A DNA stretch of 27,422 bases, taken from IMG/VR virus record IMGVR_UViG_3300031577_000185, positions 1 to 27,422 of that record; one strand, 5' to 3'. Shown piece by piece: positions 1 through 7,712 of this stretch (the first letter of the stretch is position 1; every line of letters starts with the position of its first letter). Both the position numbers and the translations under genes were made by a program. Below the pieces are notes generated by a model, which saw only the letters and a list, made by a program, of their open reading frames with translations, searched no databases and was not told the DNA's origin. The stretch is from a virus (Duplodnaviria > Caudoviricetes).

Positions 1-867
1 ATGACAGGGATAACACGAAAAGAAGCGGCACAAGTGGTGGCAAGTTATTTTACTAGCCAAATCCAGCATCAGGGCGGTTCCTATGATGAATATTGGATAG
101 TAGACAGCAAGGGAAGAACTTGGAAGATGGTCAGTGATTCTAGTATTCACGCCATGAAAAAAACACAGGGACATTTGGTTTCTGCTGGTAACGAGTATAA
201 AGTAGAACTGGTAAGCCCCATTTTAACCTATGAAGACGTAGAACCTTTGCAAGAACTGATTCGCTTGCTTCGAAAAGCAGGGGCGGTAAGCGACAGCCAG
301 CATAATTGCGGTATACACATTCATGTGGATGCCAAACCGCATACCCCGAACAGCCTAAAAAATCTGGTGAACTTAGTGGCCAGTAAAGAGGAATTGCTGT
401 ATAAAAGTTTAAACATTGATTACGCGCGAATCAAATATTGCAAAAAAGTGAATGAAGACTTAGTACAGAAAATTAATAATAAAAAGCCAAAAACTATAGA
501 AGCCTTAGCCGATATTTGGTATGAGAACTACGGTACAGAAAGCCGAACACGACATTACCATAACAGTCGCTACCACGGCCTTAACTTGCACAGTACATTT
601 ACCAAAGGTACCATTGAGTTTCGGCTTTTTAACGGAACGCTGCATGCCGGAAGAATAAAGGCCTACATTCAGTTTTGTTTAGCCATTAGCTATCAGGCAT
701 TAAAACAAAAAACGGCAAGTGCGAAACGAAAAGTAACCGATAATGAAAAATACACCTTTCGCTGTTGGATGCTTCGGCTGGGGCTTATCGGTAAGGAATT
801 TGAGACCTGTCGCTATCATTTTCTAGCCAATCTTACTGGTGACTCCGCGTGGAGAAACGCCGCCTGA
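1..867 (+). CDS. Putative amidoligase (Amidoligase_2 / COOH-NH2 ligase family), probably 5'-truncated by the window
   Basis: Motifs ELVSPIL, CGIHIHVD, RYHGLN, TIEFRLF. The family's N-terminal FGxExE motif is missing just before MTGITR, so the true start is likely upstream. Confidence 0.85.
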   Translation: MTGITRKEAAQVVASYFTSQIQHQGGSYDEYWIVDSKGRTWKMVSDSSIHAMKKTQGHLVSAGNEYKVELVSPILTYEDVEPLQELIRLLRKAGAVSDSQHNCGIHIHVDAKPHTPNSLKNLVNLVASKEELLYKSLNIDYARIKYCKKVNEDLVQKINNKKPKTIEALADIWYENYGTESRTRHYHNSRYHGLNLHSTFTKGTIEFRLFNGTLHAGRIKAYIQFCLAISYQALKQKTASAKRKVTDNEKYTFRCWMLRLGLIGKEFETCRYHFLANLTGDSAWRNAA

Positions 868-879
868 AATGTAACTAGA

Positions 880-922
880 TAAGGGGCTGTAAGCCCCTTA
901 ATCCGCCAAGTGTTCGAGGCGG
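880..922 (+). other. Two adjacent intergenic stem-loops without a U-tract
   Basis: taaggggct-gta-agcccctta (880-900) and ccgcc-N10-ggcgg (903-922). Confidence 0.55.
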
Positions 923-942
923 TAGAGCGAAAGGAGCAAATA

Positions 943-1398
943 ATGCAAACAAAACTTTACGCTGCTTACGGCAGTAATATGAATCTAAGCCAAATGAAAA
1001 AACGCTGCCCCAAGGCGCGAGTTGTAGGAAACGGAGGCCTATTGGGTTACCAATTGACGTTTCGGGGAACTCAGTCTGGGGTAGCGAATGTGGAAGTAAT
1101 TAATAACGGTAAAGTGCCGGTGGTATTATGGGAGATCACAAACGAATGTGAAAAATCGTTGGACCGCTATGAAGGGTTTCCGACGTTATATACCAAGAAG
1201 TTAGTAGAGGTTGAGACTCCAGTGGGAACGGAAAAAGTGATGGTGTATGTGATGACTCGGCAGTATGAAAGCAAGCCAGCATTACCTAATGAATACTATT
1301 TTTCTACCATCAGCCAAGGATATCAAGACAATGGTATTGATATAGCATTTTTACAGGAAGCATTGGAACGATGCAAAGCTGAACTAGGAATAAAATAG
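943..1398 (+). CDS. Gamma-glutamylcyclotransferase (AIG2/GGCT-like) family protein
   Basis: YAAYGSNM and LDRYEG motifs; SD aaggag before ATG 943. Confidence 0.88.
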   Translation: MQTKLYAAYGSNMNLSQMKKRCPKARVVGNGGLLGYQLTFRGTQSGVANVEVINNGKVPVVLWEITNECEKSLDRYEGFPTLYTKKLVEVETPVGTEKVMVYVMTRQYESKPALPNEYYFSTISQGYQDNGIDIAFLQEALERCKAELGIK

Positions 1399-1450
1399 TA
1401 AAAGCCGATGTTTTAACTTGGTCAGACAAAAAAATATCAGGATATTCTCA

Positions 1451-1474
1451 GGGAGCCGAGAGGCTTCCTTTTTT
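1451..1474 (+). terminator. Rho-independent terminator
   Basis: gggagcc-gaga-ggcttcc followed by a T run. Confidence 0.8.
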
Positions 1475-1498
1475 GATTGAAATAGGGAGGCAATACCT

Positions 1499-1984
1499 AT
1501 GGCTCAAAAGGGAAGAAAACCAAAACCAACTGTCTTAAAGATACTGGAAGGAAATCCAGGAAAACGAGAACTCAATCGAAATGAGCCTACGCCGGAAGCG
1601 AAGGCTCCAAAATGTCCGGTATGGCTCGATGGGGAAGCGAAAAAAGAATGGCGCAGGTTAACTAAACAGTTGGAGCATATAGGTCTTTTAACCAGCATGG
1701 ATTTAGCGGCATTTGCAGGATATTGCCAAGCGTATGCCCGTTGGAAGGAAGCTGAGGAGTTTATTAGCAAGCATGGCACTATTGTAAAAACCCCTTCCGG
1801 GTATTGGCAGCAAGTACCTCAGGTATCTATTTCCCAAACGTACTTAAAGATTATGAATAAACTTTGTGAACAATTTGGCCTGACGCCAGCGGCTCGAAGC
1901 CGAATTGTCACTGATGGGATAACAAAAGAAACCGCTGATCCGATGGAACTCATTTTGCTAAGTGGAGGTAAGACGAGTGTATGA
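1499..1984 (+). CDS. terS: Phage terminase small subunit, P27 family
   Basis: GRKPKPT...GNPGKR N-terminus, FGLTPAAR motif, directly upstream of terL. Confidence 0.93.
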   Translation: MAQKGRKPKPTVLKILEGNPGKRELNRNEPTPEAKAPKCPVWLDGEAKKEWRRLTKQLEHIGLLTSMDLAAFAGYCQAYARWKEAEEFISKHGTIVKTPSGYWQQVPQVSISQTYLKIMNKLCEQFGLTPAARSRIVTDGITKETADPMELILLSGGKTSV

Positions 1985-3521
1985 TAAAGATAAAGCGCAG
2001 CATGCGGTTACCTTTATCAACTGTTTAAAGCATACCAAAGGAAAGTGGCGTGGGGTTCCCTTTGAGCTTCTAGGCTGGCAAGATAAAATTATCCGGGACA
2101 TTTACGGTACGGTAAAAGAAGATGGTTACAGGCAATATAATACCGCATATATTGAAATTCCCAAGAAAAATGGTAAATCCGAATTGGCGGCTGCTGTAGC
2201 TCTACTCATGACTTGCGGTGATAATGAGTGGGGGGCAGAAGTCTATGGTTGTGCATCGGACCGGCAGCAAGCATCCATTGTTTTCGATGTCGCGGTGGAT
2301 ATGGTGGATCAGTGTCCGGCGCTGAAAAAAAGAATAAAACCAGTCATGTCGGTAAAAAGGCTGGTGTATTATCCAACTAATAGTTTTTATCAAGTACTGT
2401 CAGCAGAAGCGTACACCAAACATGGTTTGAATGTTCATGCTGTGGTTTTCGATGAACTACATGCACAGCCCAATAGAAACCTATATGATGTCATGACGAA
2501 AGGTTCGGGAGATGCGCGGACACAGCCGCTATTTTTTCTAATTACGACGGCGGGCAATGATCGAAACTCCATTTGCTATGAAGTACACCAAAAGGCAAAG
2601 GATATTCTGTCCGGCAGAAAAATTGATCCGACATTTTACTCGGCTATTTATGGTATCGAAGATACCGATGATTGGGCAAATGAAGAAAACTGGTATAAAG
2701 CCAATCCGTCACTGGGTCATACTATTGCCATAGAAAAAGTTAGAGCCGCTTTTCAAAGTGCGAAGGAAAATTTAGCCGAGGAAAACTTGTTCCGACAGCT
2801 TAGATTAAACCAGTGGGTAAAGCAATCAGTTCGCTGGATGCAGATGGATCGCTGGGACGAGTGTGCTTTTCCTATAGATCTAAACAGTTTACGTGGAAGA
2901 GTATGTTACGGTGGCCTTGATTTATCCAGTACCACCGACATTACCGCCTTTGTCTTAGTATTCCCGTCAAGAGATGATACTGAGAAATTCATTGTTCTGC
3001 CTTTCTTTTGGATTCCAGAAGAAAACTTGGCAACGAGAGTTCGGCGAGACCATGTCCCATATGATATTTGGCAGCAACAGGGGTATATCAAAACTACCGA
3101 AGGAAACGTAGTCCATTATGGCTTTATTGAGGCTTTTATTGAAGAACTCAACACAATATATAACATTAAAGAAATTGCGTTTGACCGTTGGGGTGCTGTA
3201 CAGATGGTGCAAAATTTAGAGGGGATGGGTTTTACGGTTGTTCCATTTGGACAAGGCTATAAGGATATGTCACCAGCTTCAAAGGAGATTATGAAATTGA
3301 CGCTGGAAAAGAATATTTCTCATGGTGGTAACCCTGTATACAGGTGGATGATGGACAATATTTATATTAAGACAGACCCAGCCGGTAACATTAAGCCGGA
3401 TAAAGAAAAAAGCACCGAGCGTATTGACGGTGCGGTGGCGCTTATTATGGCACTAGACCGGGCGATTCGAAACGAGAATAAAGCCAGTATATATGATGAA
3501 CGGGGAATTTTGGTATTGTAG
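1977..3521 (+). CDS. terL: Phage terminase large subunit
   Basis: Walker A IPKKNGKS, Walker B VVFDELH, nuclease GGLDLSSTTD and RIDGAVA; SD ggaggt before GTG 1977. Confidence 0.96.
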   Translation: MYDKDKAQHAVTFINCLKHTKGKWRGVPFELLGWQDKIIRDIYGTVKEDGYRQYNTAYIEIPKKNGKSELAAAVALLMTCGDNEWGAEVYGCASDRQQASIVFDVAVDMVDQCPALKKRIKPVMSVKRLVYYPTNSFYQVLSAEAYTKHGLNVHAVVFDELHAQPNRNLYDVMTKGSGDARTQPLFFLITTAGNDRNSICYEVHQKAKDILSGRKIDPTFYSAIYGIEDTDDWANEENWYKANPSLGHTIAIEKVRAAFQSAKENLAEENLFRQLRLNQWVKQSVRWMQMDRWDECAFPIDLNSLRGRVCYGGLDLSSTTDITAFVLVFPSRDDTEKFIVLPFFWIPEENLATRVRRDHVPYDIWQQQGYIKTTEGNVVHYGFIEAFIEELNTIYNIKEIAFDRWGAVQMVQNLEGMGFTVVPFGQGYKDMSPASKEIMKLTLEKNISHGGNPVYRWMMDNIYIKTDPAGNIKPDKEKSTERIDGAVALIMALDRAIRNENKASIYDERGILVL

Positions 3522-3588
3522 TTATAATAAATGTTAGCGGCGTGGTAGTATGACTACAATAGAATGCTGATTGTGGAGTTGCTTTAAC

Positions 3589-3617
3589 TTGGAATAAGAA
3601 TATTAATGTGGTAAAAT
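3589..3617 (+). promoter_or_regulatory. Sigma-A-like promoter of the kinase/HIRAN insert
   Basis: TTGGAA-17 bp-TAAAAT with TG extended -10; SD ggagga follows. Confidence 0.6.
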
Positions 3618-3655
3618 ATAGTTTAAGCTTAATATATCTTCTTTTGGAGGAGTGA

Positions 3656-4537
3656 ATGCTTAAAGACTTTAGCAACTGGGAAGTTTATGATGGTGCTCAT
3701 GAAGGTAGCGGACGCAGTGAAAAAATATGGTTAATAAATTCGGTAACTGGTCAAATTGGTTTATTTAAATTTAAAAAAGATTTAGAAACCAAGGACCATG
3801 TATCGGAAAAGTTAGCATCTGACTTAGCAGCATTATTGGAAATCCCTTGTGCCCAAGTGGAAATAGGTACTTTTAAACAACGTGAAGGGTCCATGAGTTA
3901 TTTGATTAATAAAGATAGTGAAGAACTTATTGAGGGGATATCACTTATTAATCAATATTATCCTAATTATAGTGCCGAGAAAATGTATGATAGTTCGTTA
4001 GATGAACAATATTCAATACACATGCTGGTCAAGTCAATAAGAAAATATGGGCTTCTTAAAGATCTGTTAAAAATGCTTGTATTTGATTATTTGATAGGAA
4101 ATTCGGATCGTCATCAAAATAATTGGGCAATAATTAAACAAGGAGATGGAATATATAAATTCTCTCCATTGTACGATAATAGCTCATCTTTGTGTTGTTA
4201 TGTAACAGAAGATAAGGTGCAGCAATATTTGGGAAATGATCTAAATCGATTGTATTCGCTTGTTAGGACAAAATCTAGGTCAATAGTAAGAATTGATGCG
4301 AAAAGAAAAATAAGACCAACGCATGAAGAATTATTAATATATATAAATCAGCATTATCATCATGAAGTGAAAGAATTTATAGATTTGGTCAAATTGAAAA
4401 TTAATGATGTTAGTTTAAACGAAATATTAATGAAATATCCTGAGCCAGTATTGAGCCAAAGTAGAAAAAATCTAATCAAGCGCTTTATAATTGAAAAGGT
4501 TAAGTTAATGGTGATCATTGACAGAAAGGAGGCGTAA
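3656..4537 (+). CDS. HipA-like (CtkA-type) Ser/Thr kinase, core domain only; putative toxin
   Basis: Gly-rich GSGRSEK, LFKF, SEKLASDLA, catalytic FDYLIGNSDRHQNNW, Mg-binding SPLYDNSSSL; visibly AT-rich relative to the flanks. Confidence 0.85.
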   Translation: MLKDFSNWEVYDGAHEGSGRSEKIWLINSVTGQIGLFKFKKDLETKDHVSEKLASDLAALLEIPCAQVEIGTFKQREGSMSYLINKDSEELIEGISLINQYYPNYSAEKMYDSSLDEQYSIHMLVKSIRKYGLLKDLLKMLVFDYLIGNSDRHQNNWAIIKQGDGIYKFSPLYDNSSSLCCYVTEDKVQQYLGNDLNRLYSLVRTKSRSIVRIDAKRKIRPTHEELLIYINQHYHHEVKEFIDLVKLKINDVSLNEILMKYPEPVLSQSRKNLIKRFIIEKVKLMVIIDRKEA

Positions 4538-4538
4538 G

Positions 4539-5255
4539 ATGTCTATAAAAAATGGTAGGGACTATCTTGAGCTAGTTTGGAAAGATCCAAAATCGAAGCG
4601 AAGATATGTAGTTGGTGAATTGTCTAGAAATGGACAATTTGAATTTTCGTATGCGAATGAGGTTCACGCGGCCATAGATGCAGGCTTTGAGTTACTAATT
4701 GCTTTTCCTGATATTGATAAAACATATAAAAATGAAAATTTATTTCCAGTATTCGCAAGCCGATTACCTGATCCAAAAAGAAAAGGCATTGAAGCCATCC
4801 TTAAAAAATATGGTGTGTCAGAGTATGATGCATATAAACTTTTAAAGAGTAGTGGTGCAAGATTACCCATTGATAATTTGGAGTTTATTGATCCTATATT
4901 TGATTTAGAGTCGGAAAAAGTGGTAAGGAACTTTTACGTAGCTGGTACCGGTTTTTGCCTTGGCTGTGAAGGTTCAAGTTGTAAAGAATCTATTGAAGTA
5001 CAGTTGAATGAAGAGTTGAGATTAGAGCCTGAACCGAAAAATAGACATGATCAACATGCAATAAGAATCACTAACAATGTAGGGGCATTGCTGGGATACT
5101 TACCTCGCTATTATGCTAAGGGCGTTAGCCAACTTATGCGAAATAATGTTACAATCACGTGTAAGGCTATCGAAATTAACAAAACGAGTGAATGTTTAGA
5201 GTGTATTAAAGTTGAATTGACTATAGAAAAGGACAAAAATTGGAGCACCTGTTAA
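4539..5255 (+). CDS. HipS-like N-terminal domain + C-terminal HIRAN domain protein; putative antitoxin/sensor
   Basis: N-terminal VGEL..FEFSY, LFPVFASRLPDPKR, LPIDNLEF; HIRAN signature LEPEPKNRHDQHAI...LGYLPRYYA; SD aaggagg before ATG 4539. Confidence 0.82.
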   Translation: MSIKNGRDYLELVWKDPKSKRRYVVGELSRNGQFEFSYANEVHAAIDAGFELLIAFPDIDKTYKNENLFPVFASRLPDPKRKGIEAILKKYGVSEYDAYKLLKSSGARLPIDNLEFIDPIFDLESEKVVRNFYVAGTGFCLGCEGSSCKESIEVQLNEELRLEPEPKNRHDQHAIRITNNVGALLGYLPRYYAKGVSQLMRNNVTITCKAIEINKTSECLECIKVELTIEKDKNWSTC

Positions 5256-5268
5256 TCGCAGGTGTTTT
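5238..5268 (+). repeat. 31-bp direct repeat copy 1 (terminator-like hairpin)
   Basis: aattggagcacctgttaatcgcaggtgtttt; 27/31 identical to 5710-5740; stem cacctg/caggtg; contains the stop codon of the HIRAN gene. Confidence 0.8.
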
Positions 5269-5329
5269 ATTTAAATTAAGTGTATGTTAAAGTGGTTTTG
5301 ATGGTACCAACGAGGGCGGAGGGCGCAGA

Positions 5330-5506
5330 ATGGCTACTTCATCATTTTATAAAGATTTCACTTTGGATAGTAACAAGGCGGTGGATGCTTTTGAAAAAAT
5401 AATTTCTCATCCTGTTACCAAGGTGAAAATAGATAGGTCCTTAACGTCGCCAGAGAACAATAGGCGGGGCGAAACAATGGTAAGAAAAATGCTATCTCGG
5501 GCATAA
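5330..5506 (+). CDS. 58-aa protein (MATSSFYKDFTLDSNKAVDAFEKIIS...MLSRA), resembles small Firmicutes proteins encoded upstream of GNAT toxins; possible orphan antitoxin
   Basis: Translated by hand (below the ORF-track cutoff); SD ggaggg at 5318-5323, TAA at 5504-5506. Family resemblance is from recall only. Confidence 0.6.
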   Translation: MATSSFYKDFTLDSNKAVDAFEKIISHPVTKVKIDRSLTSPENNRRGETMVRKMLSRA

Positions 5507-5569
5507 ATGGCTACGCACTGCGTAGTGAATTAAGCACCAGCACATGCTGCTCTAGCGTATTCTATGGTC

Positions 5570-5598
5570 TTGGATCGTAATAAAAGGAAATTTATAAT
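5570..5598 (+). promoter_or_regulatory. Near-consensus sigma-A promoter with no intact ORF downstream
   Basis: TTGGAT-17 bp-TATAAT, then SD-like aaggggag at 5621-5628. Confidence 0.6.
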
Positions 5599-5709
5599 AT
5601 AAATGTAAGCGTAATTTTGTAAGGGGAGACTCTGTTTATAATTTACGCAAAAAGTATGGCTTGAATGAATTAACGCGACTACCAATGTAAGTAATAATTC
5701 TTGTATAAG

Positions 5710-5744
5710 AATTAGAGCACCTGCTAATCACAGGTGTCTTTTTT
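5710..5744 (+). terminator. Rho-independent terminator = direct repeat copy 2
   Basis: aattagagcacctgctaatcacaggtgtctttttt. Confidence 0.8.
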
Positions 5745-5766
5745 ATGCTAATTTTAGGAGGTGAAT

Positions 5767-7005
5767 ATGAAAATTCCACTTTTGTCCCAATGGTTCCAAA
5801 CGCGAGCCAGTCCTCATAATAGCGTATGGAGTAATTCATATAGTTTCCTTTTTGGAACAACTACCAGCGGCAAGACGGTTAATGAGCGCACGGCCATGCA
5901 GACAACTGCTGTATATGCTTGTGTCCGGATTTTAGCTGAAACCATAGCCTCTCTACCGCTAAATACCTTCCGCTACACGGCGAGCGGCAAGGAAAAGGCC
6001 ATAGACCATTTCCTATATTACCTTCTCCATAATGAACCAAACCCTGAGATGACCTCCTTCGTGTTTCGAGAAACACTAATGGGTCATCTTTTATTATGGG
6101 GTAATGCCTATGCCCAGATTATTCGAAATGGACGCGGCAATGTGGTAGCGATCTATCCGCTGTTACCTAATAAAATGATCGTGCAGCGCAATAAGCAAGG
6201 CCAAATCTATTACGAATATGAAAAAGATGGACAAAGTTACTCGCTGCGAAGTAATGAAGTGCTGCATATTCCTGGCTTAGGCTTTGATGGATTAGTGGGA
6301 TATTCGCCTATTGCGATGGCCAAAAACGCTATTGGAATGGCTATTGCCACCGAAGAATATGGGGCTAAATTCTTCGCCAATGGAGCCAATCCTGGTGGTG
6401 TTCTTGAACATCCAGGAGTAGTAAAAGACCCAGCGCGGGTTCGAGATAGCTGGAATGCCGTGTATCAAGGAAGTGCTAATGCCCACAGGGTAGCTGTGTT
6501 AGAAGAAGGAATGAAATTTCAAAGCATTGGGATACCTCCGGAACAAGCACAATTTTTAGAAACACGAAAATTTCAACTCAATGAAATTGCCCGTATTTTT
6601 CGGATTCCGCCGCACATGATTGGTGACTTAGAAAAATCAAGTTTCTCCAACATTGAGCAGCAGTCCTTGGAATTTGTTATGTATACCTTAGACCCTTGGG
6701 TGGTTAGGTGGGAACAAGCTATGCAGCGAGCGTTATTTAGTGAGAGCGAAAAGCAAAAACTCTTTGTCAAATTCAATGTGGATGGACTTCTTCGCGGGGA
6801 TTACCAAAGTCGGATGAATGGCTATGCAGTCGGGCGGCAAAATGGTTGGCTATCCAGCAATGATATTCGGGAATTAGAGAATTTGAATCGTATCCCGGCA
6901 GAGTTAGGTGGAGACCAGTACCTGATTAACGGCAACATGACAAAACTAGCGGAGGCGGGAGCCTTTGTTACTAACCGGAAAGAGGAAATGGAGCAAACCA
7001 AATGA
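5767..7005 (+). CDS. Phage portal protein, HK97 family
   Basis: AVYACVRILAETIASLPL, GFDGLVGYSPI, EIARIFRIPPHMIG, FSNIEQQ motifs; SD aggaggt. Confidence 0.96.
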   Translation: MKIPLLSQWFQTRASPHNSVWSNSYSFLFGTTTSGKTVNERTAMQTTAVYACVRILAETIASLPLNTFRYTASGKEKAIDHFLYYLLHNEPNPEMTSFVFRETLMGHLLLWGNAYAQIIRNGRGNVVAIYPLLPNKMIVQRNKQGQIYYEYEKDGQSYSLRSNEVLHIPGLGFDGLVGYSPIAMAKNAIGMAIATEEYGAKFFANGANPGGVLEHPGVVKDPARVRDSWNAVYQGSANAHRVAVLEEGMKFQSIGIPPEQAQFLETRKFQLNEIARIFRIPPHMIGDLEKSSFSNIEQQSLEFVMYTLDPWVVRWEQAMQRALFSESEKQKLFVKFNVDGLLRGDYQSRMNGYAVGRQNGWLSSNDIRELENLNRIPAELGGDQYLINGNMTKLAEAGAFVTNRKEEMEQTK

Positions 7006-7712
7006 AGAAATTTTGGAATTGGGTCGAGACAGAAGAGACAAGAACGCTATATTTTGACGGATACATTGCACAAGACAGCTGGTTCGATGATGATATTACT
7101 CCGAAAAAATTCAAAGCCGAGCTTACCGCAAGTCAAGGAGATATCTCCGTCTGGCTAAACTCACCCGGTGGCGATGTATTTGCTGCTAGTCAAATTTATA
7201 CTATGCTCAAGGAATATAGTGGCAAAGTTACCGTCCAAATTGATGGGTTGGCAGCGAGTGCGGCTTCCGTTATTGCCATGGCTGGGGATGAAGTACTAAT
7301 GTCACCGGTAGCTATGATGATGATTCATAATCCAGCTACCATGATGTTTGGCGAAGCTGCTGATTTTCAAAGTGCTATAAAGATGCTGGGAGAAGTAAAA
7401 GAGGGCATTTTAAATGCTTATGAACAGCGAACCGGTATATCTAGAGCCAAACTATCCAATATGATGGATTCAGAAACTTGGTTTAGCGCGCAAAAGGCAG
7501 TTGAACTAGGTTTTGCTGATAAAATCCTCTACGCACCCGAACAGGGCGAAGCGGCAGAGGGTTTTATTTTTGATAAATCCACTGTTACCAATGCATTACT
7601 ACGGAAACTCCCCAAAGATACACCAGAACCAATTGTTCCTGTTGGTACGCCTCATAAAGAACTTTTGACACGGCTTCAGTTACTTAAGCCATTTACGAGA
7701 GGAAGTTGTTAG
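7002..7712 (+). CDS. Head maturation protease, ClpP-like
   Basis: LNSPGGDV, DGLAASAASVIAMAG, MMIHNP, ETWFSAQKAVELGFAD. Confidence 0.93.
   Translation: MKKFWNWVETEETRTLYFDGYIAQDSWFDDDITPKKFKAELTASQGDISVWLNSPGGDVFAASQIYTMLKEYSGKVTVQIDGLAASAASVIAMAGDEVLMSPVAMMMIHNPATMMFGEAADFQSAIKMLGEVKEGILNAYEQRTGISRAKLSNMMDSETWFSAQKAVELGFADKILYAPEQGEAAEGFIFDKSTVTNALLRKLPKDTPEPIVPVGTPHKELLTRLQLLKPFTRGSC

Noticed and set aside
5238-5744. CRISPR mini-array or integron attC sites
   Set aside because: Only two copies about 470 bp apart, with no cas gene or tyrosine integron integrase; the repeat has terminator structure
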